A stretch of DNA of 64,000 bases from Candidatus Kapaibacterium sp. Its GTDB lineage: Bacteria > Bacteroidota > Ignavibacteria > Kapaibacteriales > UBA4661. The notes under the pieces were generated by a model. The model did no database searches. It was not told the DNA's origin and was given only the letters and a program-made list of their open reading frames with translations. Made by a program: the position numbers and the translations under genes. Below, piece by piece: positions 40,242 through 48,773 of this stretch (the stretch's first letter is position 1; each line of letters starts with the position of its first letter). The stretch spans positions 421 through 64,420 of the forward strand of contig RDXM01000118.1 in NCBI GenBank assembly GCA_004292595.1, read 5' to 3'.

Positions 40242-41609
40242 ATGGTACTTGGTTTATTTCTCACAATTTTACTCGTTTTCCTCAATGGCTTTTTCGTTGC
40301 GGCGGAATTTGCCATTGTGAAGGTGCGGATGTCGCAAATTGAAATGCGCGTCCAAGCGGGAAGCCGCATGGCGGGCTTTGCAAAAAACATTTTAGAAAAT
40401 CTGGATGCGTATTTATCCGCCTCACAGCTTGGCATTACGCTCGCAAGCCTCGCGCTGGGCTGGATTGGCGAGGATGTTGCCGAAAAAATAGTTTTTGGCG
40501 CATTCCACCTTATGCAAATTAGCGTTTCGCCTGAATTAGCGCACCAAATCGCGGGTCCCTTGGCGTTTATCACTATCACCGTACTGCACATTATTTTGGG
40601 CGAGCAGGCTCCTAAGTGGTTTGCCATTCAGCGACCAGAGTCGGTTACGATGGTCGTTGCCTTGCCGATGCGCCTTTTTTACCTTGTGTTCAAGCCGTTT
40701 ATTTGGGTGCTGAACCATTTATCGAATACTCTTTTGCGCAGCTTGGGAATCGAACCCACGCATGAGGAAGTGCATAGCGCAGAAGAGCTTCAATACTTGC
40801 TTGAGCGCGGAAAAGAAACGGGCGCGATTGAATCGGGCGACCACGAACTGATTCAAAATGTGTTCAATTTGAGCGACATGACGGCGCGGCAAATCATGGT
40901 TTCCCGCACGAAAATGAGCGCGATTGAGCTTTCTACGCCTGTGCCGGACTTGCTTGCGCGTGTGATTGAAGAAGGCTACTCGCGCCTTCCCGTCTTTCGG
41001 GAAACGGTGGATGATATTGTTGGTGTGGTTTATACAAAAGATATTTTGACGCTCGTGCAGCATCAGGAATTGATTGTGTTGCAAGATATTATCCGCCCTG
41101 CGTACTTCGTGCATGGCGGCAAAAGCGTCCGCGAGCTGCTCAGGGAATTTCAGAAACGGCGTATTCACGTGGCGATTGTGATTGACGATTTCGGCGGCAC
41201 CTCTGGCATGGTGACGCTCGAAGATATTTTGGAAGAAATCGTTGGCGATATTATGGATGAATTCGACGACGAACAAGCAGCAGTGCGGCGTGTGGATGAG
41301 TTTGAGTTTGAAATTACCGCACAAACCAACATTTCCGAGCTGAACGCAACCCTGCCCAAGCCTTTGCCCGAAGATGAGCGCTACGAAACGCTTGGCGGCT
41401 ACATGAACGTTCTTTTTGGTAAAATTCCCAACGAAGGCGAACTGATGGCAAAAGATGGCTATATGTTTACGATTCTGAAGAAAAACAAACGTGCGATTGA
41501 ACACGTGAAAATCACGTATTTGGAGCGCCCGCCCGAAGAGACATTGTTTGTGGCGATTGAGCCGCAAAGTCCAGCTTCGGCAAAAACTCAGGCGCAAACA
41601 ATAGCGTAG
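40242..41609 (+). CDS. HlyC/CorC (CNNM/DUF21 + CBS) family transporter
   Basis: NGFFVAAEFA, QLGIT, GEQAPK, YSRLPV, VTLEDILEEIVG. Confidence 0.93.
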   Translation: MVLGLFLTILLVFLNGFFVAAEFAIVKVRMSQIEMRVQAGSRMAGFAKNILENLDAYLSASQLGITLASLALGWIGEDVAEKIVFGAFHLMQISVSPELAHQIAGPLAFITITVLHIILGEQAPKWFAIQRPESVTMVVALPMRLFYLVFKPFIWVLNHLSNTLLRSLGIEPTHEEVHSAEELQYLLERGKETGAIESGDHELIQNVFNLSDMTARQIMVSRTKMSAIELSTPVPDLLARVIEEGYSRLPVFRETVDDIVGVVYTKDILTLVQHQELIVLQDIIRPAYFVHGGKSVRELLREFQKRRIHVAIVIDDFGGTSGMVTLEDILEEIVGDIMDEFDDEQAAVRRVDEFEFEITAQTNISELNATLPKPLPEDERYETLGGYMNVLFGKIPNEGELMAKDGYMFTILKKNKRAIEHVKITYLERPPEETLFVAIEPQSPASAKTQAQTIA

Positions 41610-41615
41610 TTTTGT

Positions 41616-41780
41616 CGTAACTGGTCAGGTCTCACCCATGAAGAGGGGACGCAGATGAAGATGATTGGATTGATGAAGATGATAGTGATAAAAAAAATCA
41701 GAGCGTGAATGCATTCATCATCTTCATCCATTCAATCATCTTCATCTGCGTCCGAAAAAATCCTGACCTGACCAGTTACG
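41616..41780. mobile_element. MITE-like element (family C), opposite orientation to the 37863 copy
   Basis: Perfect 16-bp ends CGTAACTGGTCAGGTC / GACCTGACCAGTTACG. Confidence 0.75.
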
Positions 41781-41843
41781 TTTTGTCAATATCAGCACTC
41801 GTTTGCAATCACTCGTTTTCAATACTATTTCCTTCAAGCACCA

Positions 41844-42266
41844 ATGCGCGATACAGCACTTCTCGGCATACGTCCTCTCATTCCTGCTGTGGAAGCACTT
41901 CGGCAGAATGACGTACTTCCAAAAGATTCGCAAGAGTTTTTCTTGCACACGGTTTTGCGTCCAATTTTGAAACTCCAAGACCCAGTATTGGTAAGCCTTT
42001 GCGTTCTTTTTCTTGCAAAATATCGCAGCACATTTCTCCAAAAATCTCGTGCTGAACAAGAAGCCTTCCTGACAACGAGCATGAAAAAAGATACTGCTCT
42101 GCGTTCTTTGCTCATTGGCGTGTGCGTTGGGCAGTTCACCACCGAAGAAATGGAGTATTACTCGCACTCGGAGCATCAAGCGGAAATGAACAAACGCATT
42201 ATCGAACTTGCCGCTCGGCGCGTTGCAGATGCTCTGCCAGAGCTTATCGCAAGCAAGAAAATTTAA
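41844..42266 (+). CDS. conserved hypothetical protein (Bacteroidota-type, often labelled glyoxalase)
   Basis: IRP, LRPILKLQ, IG...G.FT.EE...Y motifs. Confidence 0.65.
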   Translation: MRDTALLGIRPLIPAVEALRQNDVLPKDSQEFFLHTVLRPILKLQDPVLVSLCVLFLAKYRSTFLQKSRAEQEAFLTTSMKKDTALRSLLIGVCVGQFTTEEMEYYSHSEHQAEMNKRIIELAARRVADALPELIASKKI

Positions 42267-42282
42267 CATCACAAAGAACGGC

Positions 42283-42741
42283 TTACGTTCTTGAACGAAC
42301 TTTATCCAGCAAAAAATTAAGGAAGCGTAATTCCTCTTCCGTCAGAGCAGACATCATCTTGTCAATCTCATCTGCACGAGCATCTATGCGCTCAAGCAAA
42401 GCCAAACCTTGCTTGGTAATGATGACCTCCACAGCGCGGCGGTCGTATTCGCAGATGCTTCGCTCGACAAAGCCGCTCAGGCGAAGGCGTTCGACAAGGC
42501 GCGAAACATCGCTCATTTTATCCAGCATTCGCTCCTTGAGAAGATTGATAGATGCTGGTTTTCCGCCTTGTCCGCGCAAAATACGCAGAATATTAAACTG
42601 CTGCTCGCTCACATTGAAATCCTTCAAAAACCGTGAATGCTCGCTTGTGAGCCAATTCCCCGTAAAAATAACGTTAATAGCAGCTTTGTGACACTCATTG
42701 CGGAATGTTGTTTGGTGGATTTCTTCTTGCAACGGCGGCAT
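42283..42741 (-). CDS. MarR family transcriptional regulator
   Basis: QFNILRILRG, RMLDKMSDVSRLV, DRR...V.IT..G. Confidence 0.92.
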   Translation of the reverse strand: MPPLQEEIHQTTFRNECHKAAINVIFTGNWLTSEHSRFLKDFNVSEQQFNILRILRGQGGKPASINLLKERMLDKMSDVSRLVERLRLSGFVERSICEYDRRAVEVIITKQGLALLERIDARADEIDKMMSALTEEELRFLNFLLDKVRSRT

Positions 42742-43032
42742 ACAAAAGTGAAAAAAGTGAAAAAAAAGTGAAAAAAATGCACGGTGCGCAAATAGGCGTT
42801 GCAACATTTATTGCAGAGGTAATATCGTGAAAACTATTGTTGTATCAAAAGCACAGAAGGCAAAAAAAAACGCGAACACCATATTGCGTGTGTTCGCGCT
42901 TTCTTTTTGGAGGAGTTACGTTGTTCCCCTTTGAACAATCACTAGCATAAACGTTGCAACACAAGTTTTATTGTTTTCCTGTTCGACTGAGGCTTTTGCC
43001 GATGTAAGTTCATTTTTTAGATACAAAGTACC

Positions 43033-43560
43033 TTACGCCGCTTTTACCATTTGAATATCCAAGTGTAGGCGAACTTCATCGCTGACGACAATGTTTCCAG
43101 CTTCCGTTGTCGCGCTCCATTGCAAGCCAAAATCTTTGCGATTAAGTTTACCCTGAAGCTCAAATCCTGCTTTTGTTTGACCGTAGGGGTCTGTTACCGT
43201 GCCAGCGTAGCGTGTTTGCAAGGTGATAGGGTGCGTCAAATCACGAATGGTAAGATTGCCGTTCACAAGAAGCTCATCCTCACCTTTTTTCGTGATGTCG
43301 GTCGAAACAAAGCGCATAGTTGGAAATTTTTCTGCATTAAAAAAGTCGTCCGATTTCAAATGCCCATCGCGTTGTTCATTATTGGTCGAGATGCTGTTTA
43401 CATCCGCTTCAAACTCTATTTTAGCATCAGAAAAGTCTGCTGCGGAGCTTTCCATCTGAGCGGTAAATTTTTTAAAAACACCTGTAACAGTCGTAATCAT
43501 CAAATGTTTCACCTTAAAAGTGATTTCTGAGTGCATCGGGTCGATATTGTAGAGTGCCAT
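43033..43560 (-). CDS. YceI family protein (cytoplasmic)
   Basis: IDPMHS, VKHLM, RDGHLKS.DFF, R.DFGL.W. Confidence 0.93.
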   Translation of the reverse strand: MALYNIDPMHSEITFKVKHLMITTVTGVFKKFTAQMESSAADFSDAKIEFEADVNSISTNNEQRDGHLKSDDFFNAEKFPTMRFVSTDITKKGEDELLVNGNLTIRDLTHPITLQTRYAGTVTDPYGQTKAGFELQGKLNRKDFGLQWSATTEAGNIVVSDEVRLHLDIQMVKAA

Positions 43561-43644
43561 AGTAATTGCTCAAAAAAATGCGTGAGAATGGTAAAATTAG
43601 GGGATTGTCAAGTAAATTTTTACGAAAAATTTTATGAAGAAGTG

Positions 43645-44238
43645 CTATGCTTTTGCCTTTGTAAGCTCAATATTGACAACGATTTTCACATCTTTGCCAA
43701 CAACCGCACCACCTGCTTCGAGCATGGTGTTCCATTTCAGGTTGTAATCAAGACGATTCACACTTGTGCTTGCCTTGAAACCCGCTTTGGTATTGCCCCA
43801 GGGGTCTTTGACTACGCCACCAAAATCAACATCGAAGCTCACAGTTTTCGTTACGTCGCGCATGGTCAGGTCGCCGGTGAGCTTGTATTTGCCTTTGCCA
43901 GCTTTTTTGAAAGATTTACCAACAAATTTCATCTGGGGAAATTTTTCCGCATTGAAAAAGTCATCGGATTTCAAGTGACCATCACGCTTTTCGTCGTCGG
44001 TATTGATGCTGGCTACATCGACAGTGAAATCAATTTGTGCATCAACAAAGCTATCGTCTTTGGCTTTGACGGTGCCAGAGAAGAGCTTAAATGCGCCCTC
44101 GGTCTCTGAAACAACGAGGTGCTTGACGGCAAATTTCACGCTGGAATGGCTTTTATCAACGTTCCACGTGTCTTGAGAAAAGACGGCTGTTGTGCTTGCA
44201 ACAACGAAGAGAACAAGATTTACAAAGAAGCGTTTCAT
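43645..44238 (-). CDS. YceI family protein with signal peptide
   Basis: Signal peptide; VDKSHS, RDGHLKSDDFF, DPWG. Confidence 0.93.
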   Translation of the reverse strand: MKRFFVNLVLFVVASTTAVFSQDTWNVDKSHSSVKFAVKHLVVSETEGAFKLFSGTVKAKDDSFVDAQIDFTVDVASINTDDEKRDGHLKSDDFFNAEKFPQMKFVGKSFKKAGKGKYKLTGDLTMRDVTKTVSFDVDFGGVVKDPWGNTKAGFKASTSVNRLDYNLKWNTMLEAGGAVVGKDVKIVVNIELTKAKA

Positions 44239-44293
44239 AGAAATACAAAAAAAGAGAAATGGAAAAATATTGTTTGTGAGCGAATGAACAACA

Positions 44294-44330
44294 CAAATAT
44301 ACGTTACAACATTAAATGTTGCAACATTTA
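44294..44330 (-). promoter_or_regulatory. promoter (TATATTTG) with an adjacent palindromic operator-like site
   Basis: Perfect 18-bp palindrome TAAATGTTGCAACATTTA (44313-44330) and a second site CGTTACAACATT. Confidence 0.6.
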
Positions 44331-44346
44331 TTTTCACAAAAACAAC

Positions 44347-44469
44347 TAAGACTTTCGCAAAATATGCTTTTGAAGCTCACAGACAGGAATGTCTGTGCCA
44401 CCAAAGCCAGTATCTATCAGTGTTGTAGTGGCACAGGCATTCTTGCCTGTGAGGTTTGTGAAAGTCCTA
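44347..44469. mobile_element. 123-bp MITE-like element (family B), second copy
   Basis: TAAGACTTTCGCA ... TGTGAAAGTCCTA; collinear with 33001-33123. Confidence 0.75.
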
Positions 44470-44479
44470 ACAACAATAT

Positions 44480-45961
44480 TTACTTCATCGAATTTTCACC
44501 CAGAAACCACGAGGCAAGCGCAGTAATTTCCGAAAACAATGCTCTGTCCTCGCGCACAGGTTCGATGAGGCTTGCAGCTTCTTTCAATGCTTCTGGCGGT
44601 GGGAAATATTTCCCTTGTGCCAAACCTTCTTGAATCAAAAAAGCAAGCTGCGTACAGCATAAAAGCTCGCAGGTAAGAATTCCCGCCAAGCGTTCTGTTT
44701 GCGCATAGAGTGTTTGTGCGGCTTGGAAGCCCATTGGGACAATATCTTGATTTCCCGCATTCGTCGGCAAGCTGGAAGACGCATAATTCCTCGCATTTGC
44801 CCGCATTTCTGCCACGAGTGCTGTTGCCGTAAGCTGCACACCCGCCATCCCGCTTGAACGCCCAGGATGGAAGGCAAGCAGCAATGGCGCATGGCTGGTT
44901 TCGGGATTGGTAAGCGCGAAAATATGCCGCTCGGCGAGGTTTCCAGCTTGTGTGAGCGCGTTATTCAGCATATCGGCAGCAAAGGCAATGTGCTGGGTCA
45001 TAAAATTTCCGCCGTGCAAAACGGTTAATTCTCTGGAAGTACCGTCATTCCTTGTGTTGAACGGCATTCCATCAATAAAAGGATTGTCGTCAATACCATT
45101 CATTTCTTGTTGAATCATTTCTCGTGCAGAGCGCATCACATCTCGTACCGCGCCTAAAATTTGCGGCGCACAGCGAAGTGAGTATATCTCTTGCAATGGT
45201 CGCGTTTCATCTTCTGCAACCGCATATTTACTTAATTCTTCGGTAATTCTCCGTGCGGATGCTTCTTGCCCAGCGTGTCCTTTCGCGGCGTGCAGACGAG
45301 GATGGAGGCTTGTTTGGCGGCATTGCCACAAGCCCAGTATCCATGCGGTGAGGTCTTCCAAGCGAGCAATCATGCGCTCTGCGCGGACGAGTGCGAGTGC
45401 CGCAAACGCAGTGGAAAAGGATGTGCCATTTACAAGCGCAAGAGCATCGCGCCCCGAAAGCGAGCGTTGATGCGCCTCTGGCAGGGCTTGAAGCACGTGC
45501 GCAAGCGGAATGAGGTCGCCGCTCGCACCAAGCGAACCAACGGCTGGAACGTAAGGCGTGATGCGGCTTTGCAGCACGTCCGCCAGCAATTCCTTGTACC
45601 ATTGCGCCGCTTCACGCGAAATTCCCGAATGCCCCTGTGCGACTGTGTGCAGGCGCAAGAGCATCGCAGAGCGCACCACTGCTTGCGGCAACGCCTCGCC
45701 AAATCCCGCGCCTAAGTGCCGAATTAAGCCAATTCCTTGCGCATCGTTATTGCTGGTATCGAAGCGGACGAGCGGTCCAAAGCCAGTTGTGATGCCGTAC
45801 ACAGGCTCGCCGCGCTCCAGAGCCGCTTGCAATGCGGTTGTGGAGCGTTCGATTGCCGCGAGCGCGTCGGGGCTGAATGCTACGGACGTCTTGTGCGAAA
45901 ATGCGGCTTCGTGCAATGCCTCTGGCGTGAGTGTTGGAGCGGGTTTGAGGGTAATGAGCAT
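44480..45961 (-). CDS. MIO-dependent aromatic amino acid ammonia-lyase, tyrosine ammonia-lyase-like
   Basis: YGITTGFGP, GASGDL (MIO), YSLRC, GGNF, NQD; selectivity positions read His-Leu (LIRHL). Confidence 0.85.
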   Translation of the reverse strand: MLITLKPAPTLTPEALHEAAFSHKTSVAFSPDALAAIERSTTALQAALERGEPVYGITTGFGPLVRFDTSNNDAQGIGLIRHLGAGFGEALPQAVVRSAMLLRLHTVAQGHSGISREAAQWYKELLADVLQSRITPYVPAVGSLGASGDLIPLAHVLQALPEAHQRSLSGRDALALVNGTSFSTAFAALALVRAERMIARLEDLTAWILGLWQCRQTSLHPRLHAAKGHAGQEASARRITEELSKYAVAEDETRPLQEIYSLRCAPQILGAVRDVMRSAREMIQQEMNGIDDNPFIDGMPFNTRNDGTSRELTVLHGGNFMTQHIAFAADMLNNALTQAGNLAERHIFALTNPETSHAPLLLAFHPGRSSGMAGVQLTATALVAEMRANARNYASSSLPTNAGNQDIVPMGFQAAQTLYAQTERLAGILTCELLCCTQLAFLIQEGLAQGKYFPPPEALKEAASLIEPVREDRALFSEITALASWFLGENSMK

Positions 45962-46036
45962 GGTGAGTAAAAAGATGTGCTACATTGCGCAATATATTTG
46001 CACAAATTTTTCATGGAAAAACGACGAGAGAAAACT

Positions 46037-46894
46037 ATGGATATATCGTGGAAGCCAGACGAAATCACGCTTGTAGAGGATGTGCGTATCGCACCATACC
46101 GCGCAATGACAAAGGCAGCGCAGTTATATCAAGAGCAGCGCGTGGTCGTCTGCGAGGGCGCGAAAGTGGTGCGGCGCGTTTTGCAAAGTAGCCTTGCAAT
46201 GGCTTCATTTCTTGCCACAGAGCGATATTACGAGGAAATGCATGACCTTCTTTCTGCGAAAATTGAGCGTGGCGAACTCGCCCCAGAGCGGTGTTTCGTC
46301 GCCGAGAGAAGCGTGATGAATGCTATTGTTGGCTACAAACTGCACGAGGGCGTTTTGGCAATGGCACACGCGCCCCAAGAACAAAACCTGTATGATGAAA
46401 GCCGCACCATTGCTCTTCCGGCGGTTCTTTTGAATGGTGTGGTGGATTCGGAAAATATTGGCGCGATTGTGCGGAATTGCGTTGCCTTTGGGATTCCGTC
46501 GCTGATTATTGACGATACCACGAGCAGCCCGTATTTGCGCCGTGCGGTGCGGGTTTCGCTGGGCGCGGTGTTTGGTCTCTCTGTCTATCGCTCGTTTGAT
46601 ATTTTGACCGACCTCGCTGAACTCAAGCAAACACGCGGCGCACAGGTGATTGTTGCCGAAACGCATCCCAAAGCTCGAACTGTGTCTGGGTTTTCATTTC
46701 CGCCAAACTATGTGCTGGTGCTGGGAAGCGAGGGCTACGGCTGCTCGGAGAATGTTGTGAGCATTGCCGATGAAATTGTTTCGATTGCCATGCAACCCAG
46801 TCTTCATGCGGACTTTGCGGTAAATTCCTTGAACGTTGCTGCGTCGTCGGCAATCATATTGCACGAGGCGCAAATGGCGCGAGGCAAGGAATAA
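46037..46894 (+). CDS. TrmH/SpoU family RNA methyltransferase
   Basis: ENIGAIVR, LGSEGYG, SLNVA. Confidence 0.92.
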   Translation: MDISWKPDEITLVEDVRIAPYRAMTKAAQLYQEQRVVVCEGAKVVRRVLQSSLAMASFLATERYYEEMHDLLSAKIERGELAPERCFVAERSVMNAIVGYKLHEGVLAMAHAPQEQNLYDESRTIALPAVLLNGVVDSENIGAIVRNCVAFGIPSLIIDDTTSSPYLRRAVRVSLGAVFGLSVYRSFDILTDLAELKQTRGAQVIVAETHPKARTVSGFSFPPNYVLVLGSEGYGCSENVVSIADEIVSIAMQPSLHADFAVNSLNVAASSAIILHEAQMARGKE

Positions 46895-46922
46895 TCAGGC
46901 GCACAGACAGTTTTATGGGCGA

Positions 46923-47396
46923 TTATTGATACGGCTTCAAGTTACGATAATCTTTGCCCAGCACCACCGAACAGCGTACATACAAGGTAGAATCTATGCG
47001 CAGCACCCGCAAGGAATCATCAATACCGAGAGCTTTTGCGGTTTTCATGGCGGAGAGAGAATCGCCAACGCGGTCAATCACGAAAGAATGCTGCACGGAA
47101 AAGCGGGAGTAGTTGTCAATTTCAACCACGTCGAATCCCGCCGAGCGCAGATAATTCATGGTGCGCCGTGCTACGCCTTGGTCGCCGCAGCCGTTGAGCA
47201 AATTTAATTGGATTTGGTCGCCTTCGCGCACAAGGTCGTCCGACCGCTCAATGATAGGATTGATGGGCGGTGCAAGGCTTTTATAGACATTCGAGGCAAT
47301 GAGCAACACCACAAAGCCCACTAGCACCGTCGCGCTGACGGCAATCGTGGTATTGCGCGTGGTAAAAAGCTGGTTCAGTTTTGTTTGGAGCTTCAT
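46923..47396 (-). CDS. LytR C-terminal domain membrane protein
   Basis: One TM helix; LNGCG..G.A, GFDVV...N, VVLGKDY. Confidence 0.85.
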   Translation of the reverse strand: MKLQTKLNQLFTTRNTTIAVSATVLVGFVVLLIASNVYKSLAPPINPIIERSDDLVREGDQIQLNLLNGCGDQGVARRTMNYLRSAGFDVVEIDNYSRFSVQHSFVIDRVGDSLSAMKTAKALGIDDSLRVLRIDSTLYVRCSVVLGKDYRNLKPYQ

Positions 47397-47450
47397 AAAC
47401 GGCATTTTCTGACAATGTTTTCCTCAATACCACACAAAGAACCTTCAGTA

Positions 47451-47526
47451 GTGGCACAGACATTCTTGTCTGTGAGCGTTAGTGCAGGATTCGGGTGGGA
47501 AACACAGACAAGAATGTCTGTGCCAC
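47451..47526. repeat. REPIN-like doublet (family A)
   Basis: Same arms as at 8461. Confidence 0.9.
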
Positions 47527-47584
47527 TGAAGCCTGTTTTTATGAGATTGACAGGAGTTCGGTATGGTGTTGAGAATGTGTTCAC

Positions 47585-48004
47585 TTATTTCAAAATCGTA
47601 ACCGCAATGTTCGGATGCTTCGGATTGACCGTCATTTCTTGCGCTTTCGTGTCAATCACCACGTCCATTCCTTCGAGCGGAATCGCGCCCAAAAGAATCT
47701 GCTCATCGCCTGGAATCACGACCGCATCAACGGTTGTACGGCGATTCTTGAAGCGGACCTCGATTGGACCAACAATATCCACAGGCAACTGCGAACCATC
47801 TGCCAAAATTGCAACTTCCTCATCGAGCTTCGGCACACCAAGCTGATGGCGCACGGTTTCGTTTATCGTGAGCATATACGCGCCCGTGTCCACGAGCGCG
47901 CGGACGTTCATGCGGCGCACGTCTGCCATCGGCAGTTGCTCAAAACGAGCGTTGCCCAAATCAATCGCATTGATAAGTTCAATGTCGGTAAAAATAAGTC
48001 CCAT
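47585..48004 (-). CDS. clan AA (retropepsin-like) aspartic protease
   Basis: ALVDTGA, LADG, ILLG.IPLE. Confidence 0.88.
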   Translation of the reverse strand: MGLIFTDIELINAIDLGNARFEQLPMADVRRMNVRALVDTGAYMLTINETVRHQLGVPKLDEEVAILADGSQLPVDIVGPIEVRFKNRRTTVDAVVIPGDEQILLGAIPLEGMDVVIDTKAQEMTVNPKHPNIAVTILK

Positions 48005-48047
48005 TTCAGATTCCTTGAAAATTAGTACAAAATGGATTCTTCCGCCC

Positions 48048-48626
48048 TCAACGCGGCTTCACAACAAGCTCTTTGTAGCCGCTCGCGCTGTCCAATTCAC
48101 GAGAAAAAACAGCATCTGGCAGCACAGCAAGCAGAATTTCCGCCGTTGTGAACACGCGGCAACCCTTTAACACATGACCGCCCACCGTGCGCCCTTCGCC
48201 ATCGGAAACGGCGATATGCAAATGCGAGCCACTTTCCGAACCCAGCATTCCCGTCAACGACACGATTTCAAGCGGTCCTCGAATTCCTGTGCCATTCGGC
48301 TTATTGGCAAAGCGAATAACCGCGTCGCGCAAACTTCCCACGCACGTCAGTATTGATGCCGCTTTTATACCGCGCTCTTGTACAATCCGCTCCAATTCTT
48401 CCTTCACGTCCATATCTGGCGACAAGCGCAACGCAAGCATTTTTGCGGATGATTCGACCACACGCACCGTTGGACGCACGATTGGCTGCGGACGAGGTGC
48501 CGCGCCTGTTTGTGGCGGTTCATCACTTTGTGCGTTTGCGGAATTGAGCATGATATTGAACATGAAATACAGTATTGCAAAGTCAGATACTATCAGCTTT
48601 TGAGAGGATGTTGTGCTGTTGTGCAT
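48048..48626 (-). CDS. PPC (DUF296) domain protein
   Basis: LRL.P..D, CVGSL, EIVSLTG, HLHI, GGH, FTTAE; start uncertain. Confidence 0.85.
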   Translation of the reverse strand: MHNSTTSSQKLIVSDFAILYFMFNIMLNSANAQSDEPPQTGAAPRPQPIVRPTVRVVESSAKMLALRLSPDMDVKEELERIVQERGIKAASILTCVGSLRDAVIRFANKPNGTGIRGPLEIVSLTGMLGSESGSHLHIAVSDGEGRTVGGHVLKGCRVFTTAEILLAVLPDAVFSRELDSASGYKELVVKPR

Positions 48627-48676
48627 GATTTCATCAAGGGTTTGAGAATGATGAGGAACGATGCTTTACAAATATA

Positions 48677-48722
48677 CAACCCGCCGAACAACTTGCACAG
48701 TTCCAAGTTCTTCGGCGGGTTG
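48677..48722. terminator. hairpin downstream of secA
   Basis: CAACCCGCCGAA...TTCGGCGGGTTG. Confidence 0.55.
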
Positions 48723-48773
48723 ATGAAATTGTAACGGCGCAGACAAGAGTGTTTGCGCTACTTTCAAGACTTG

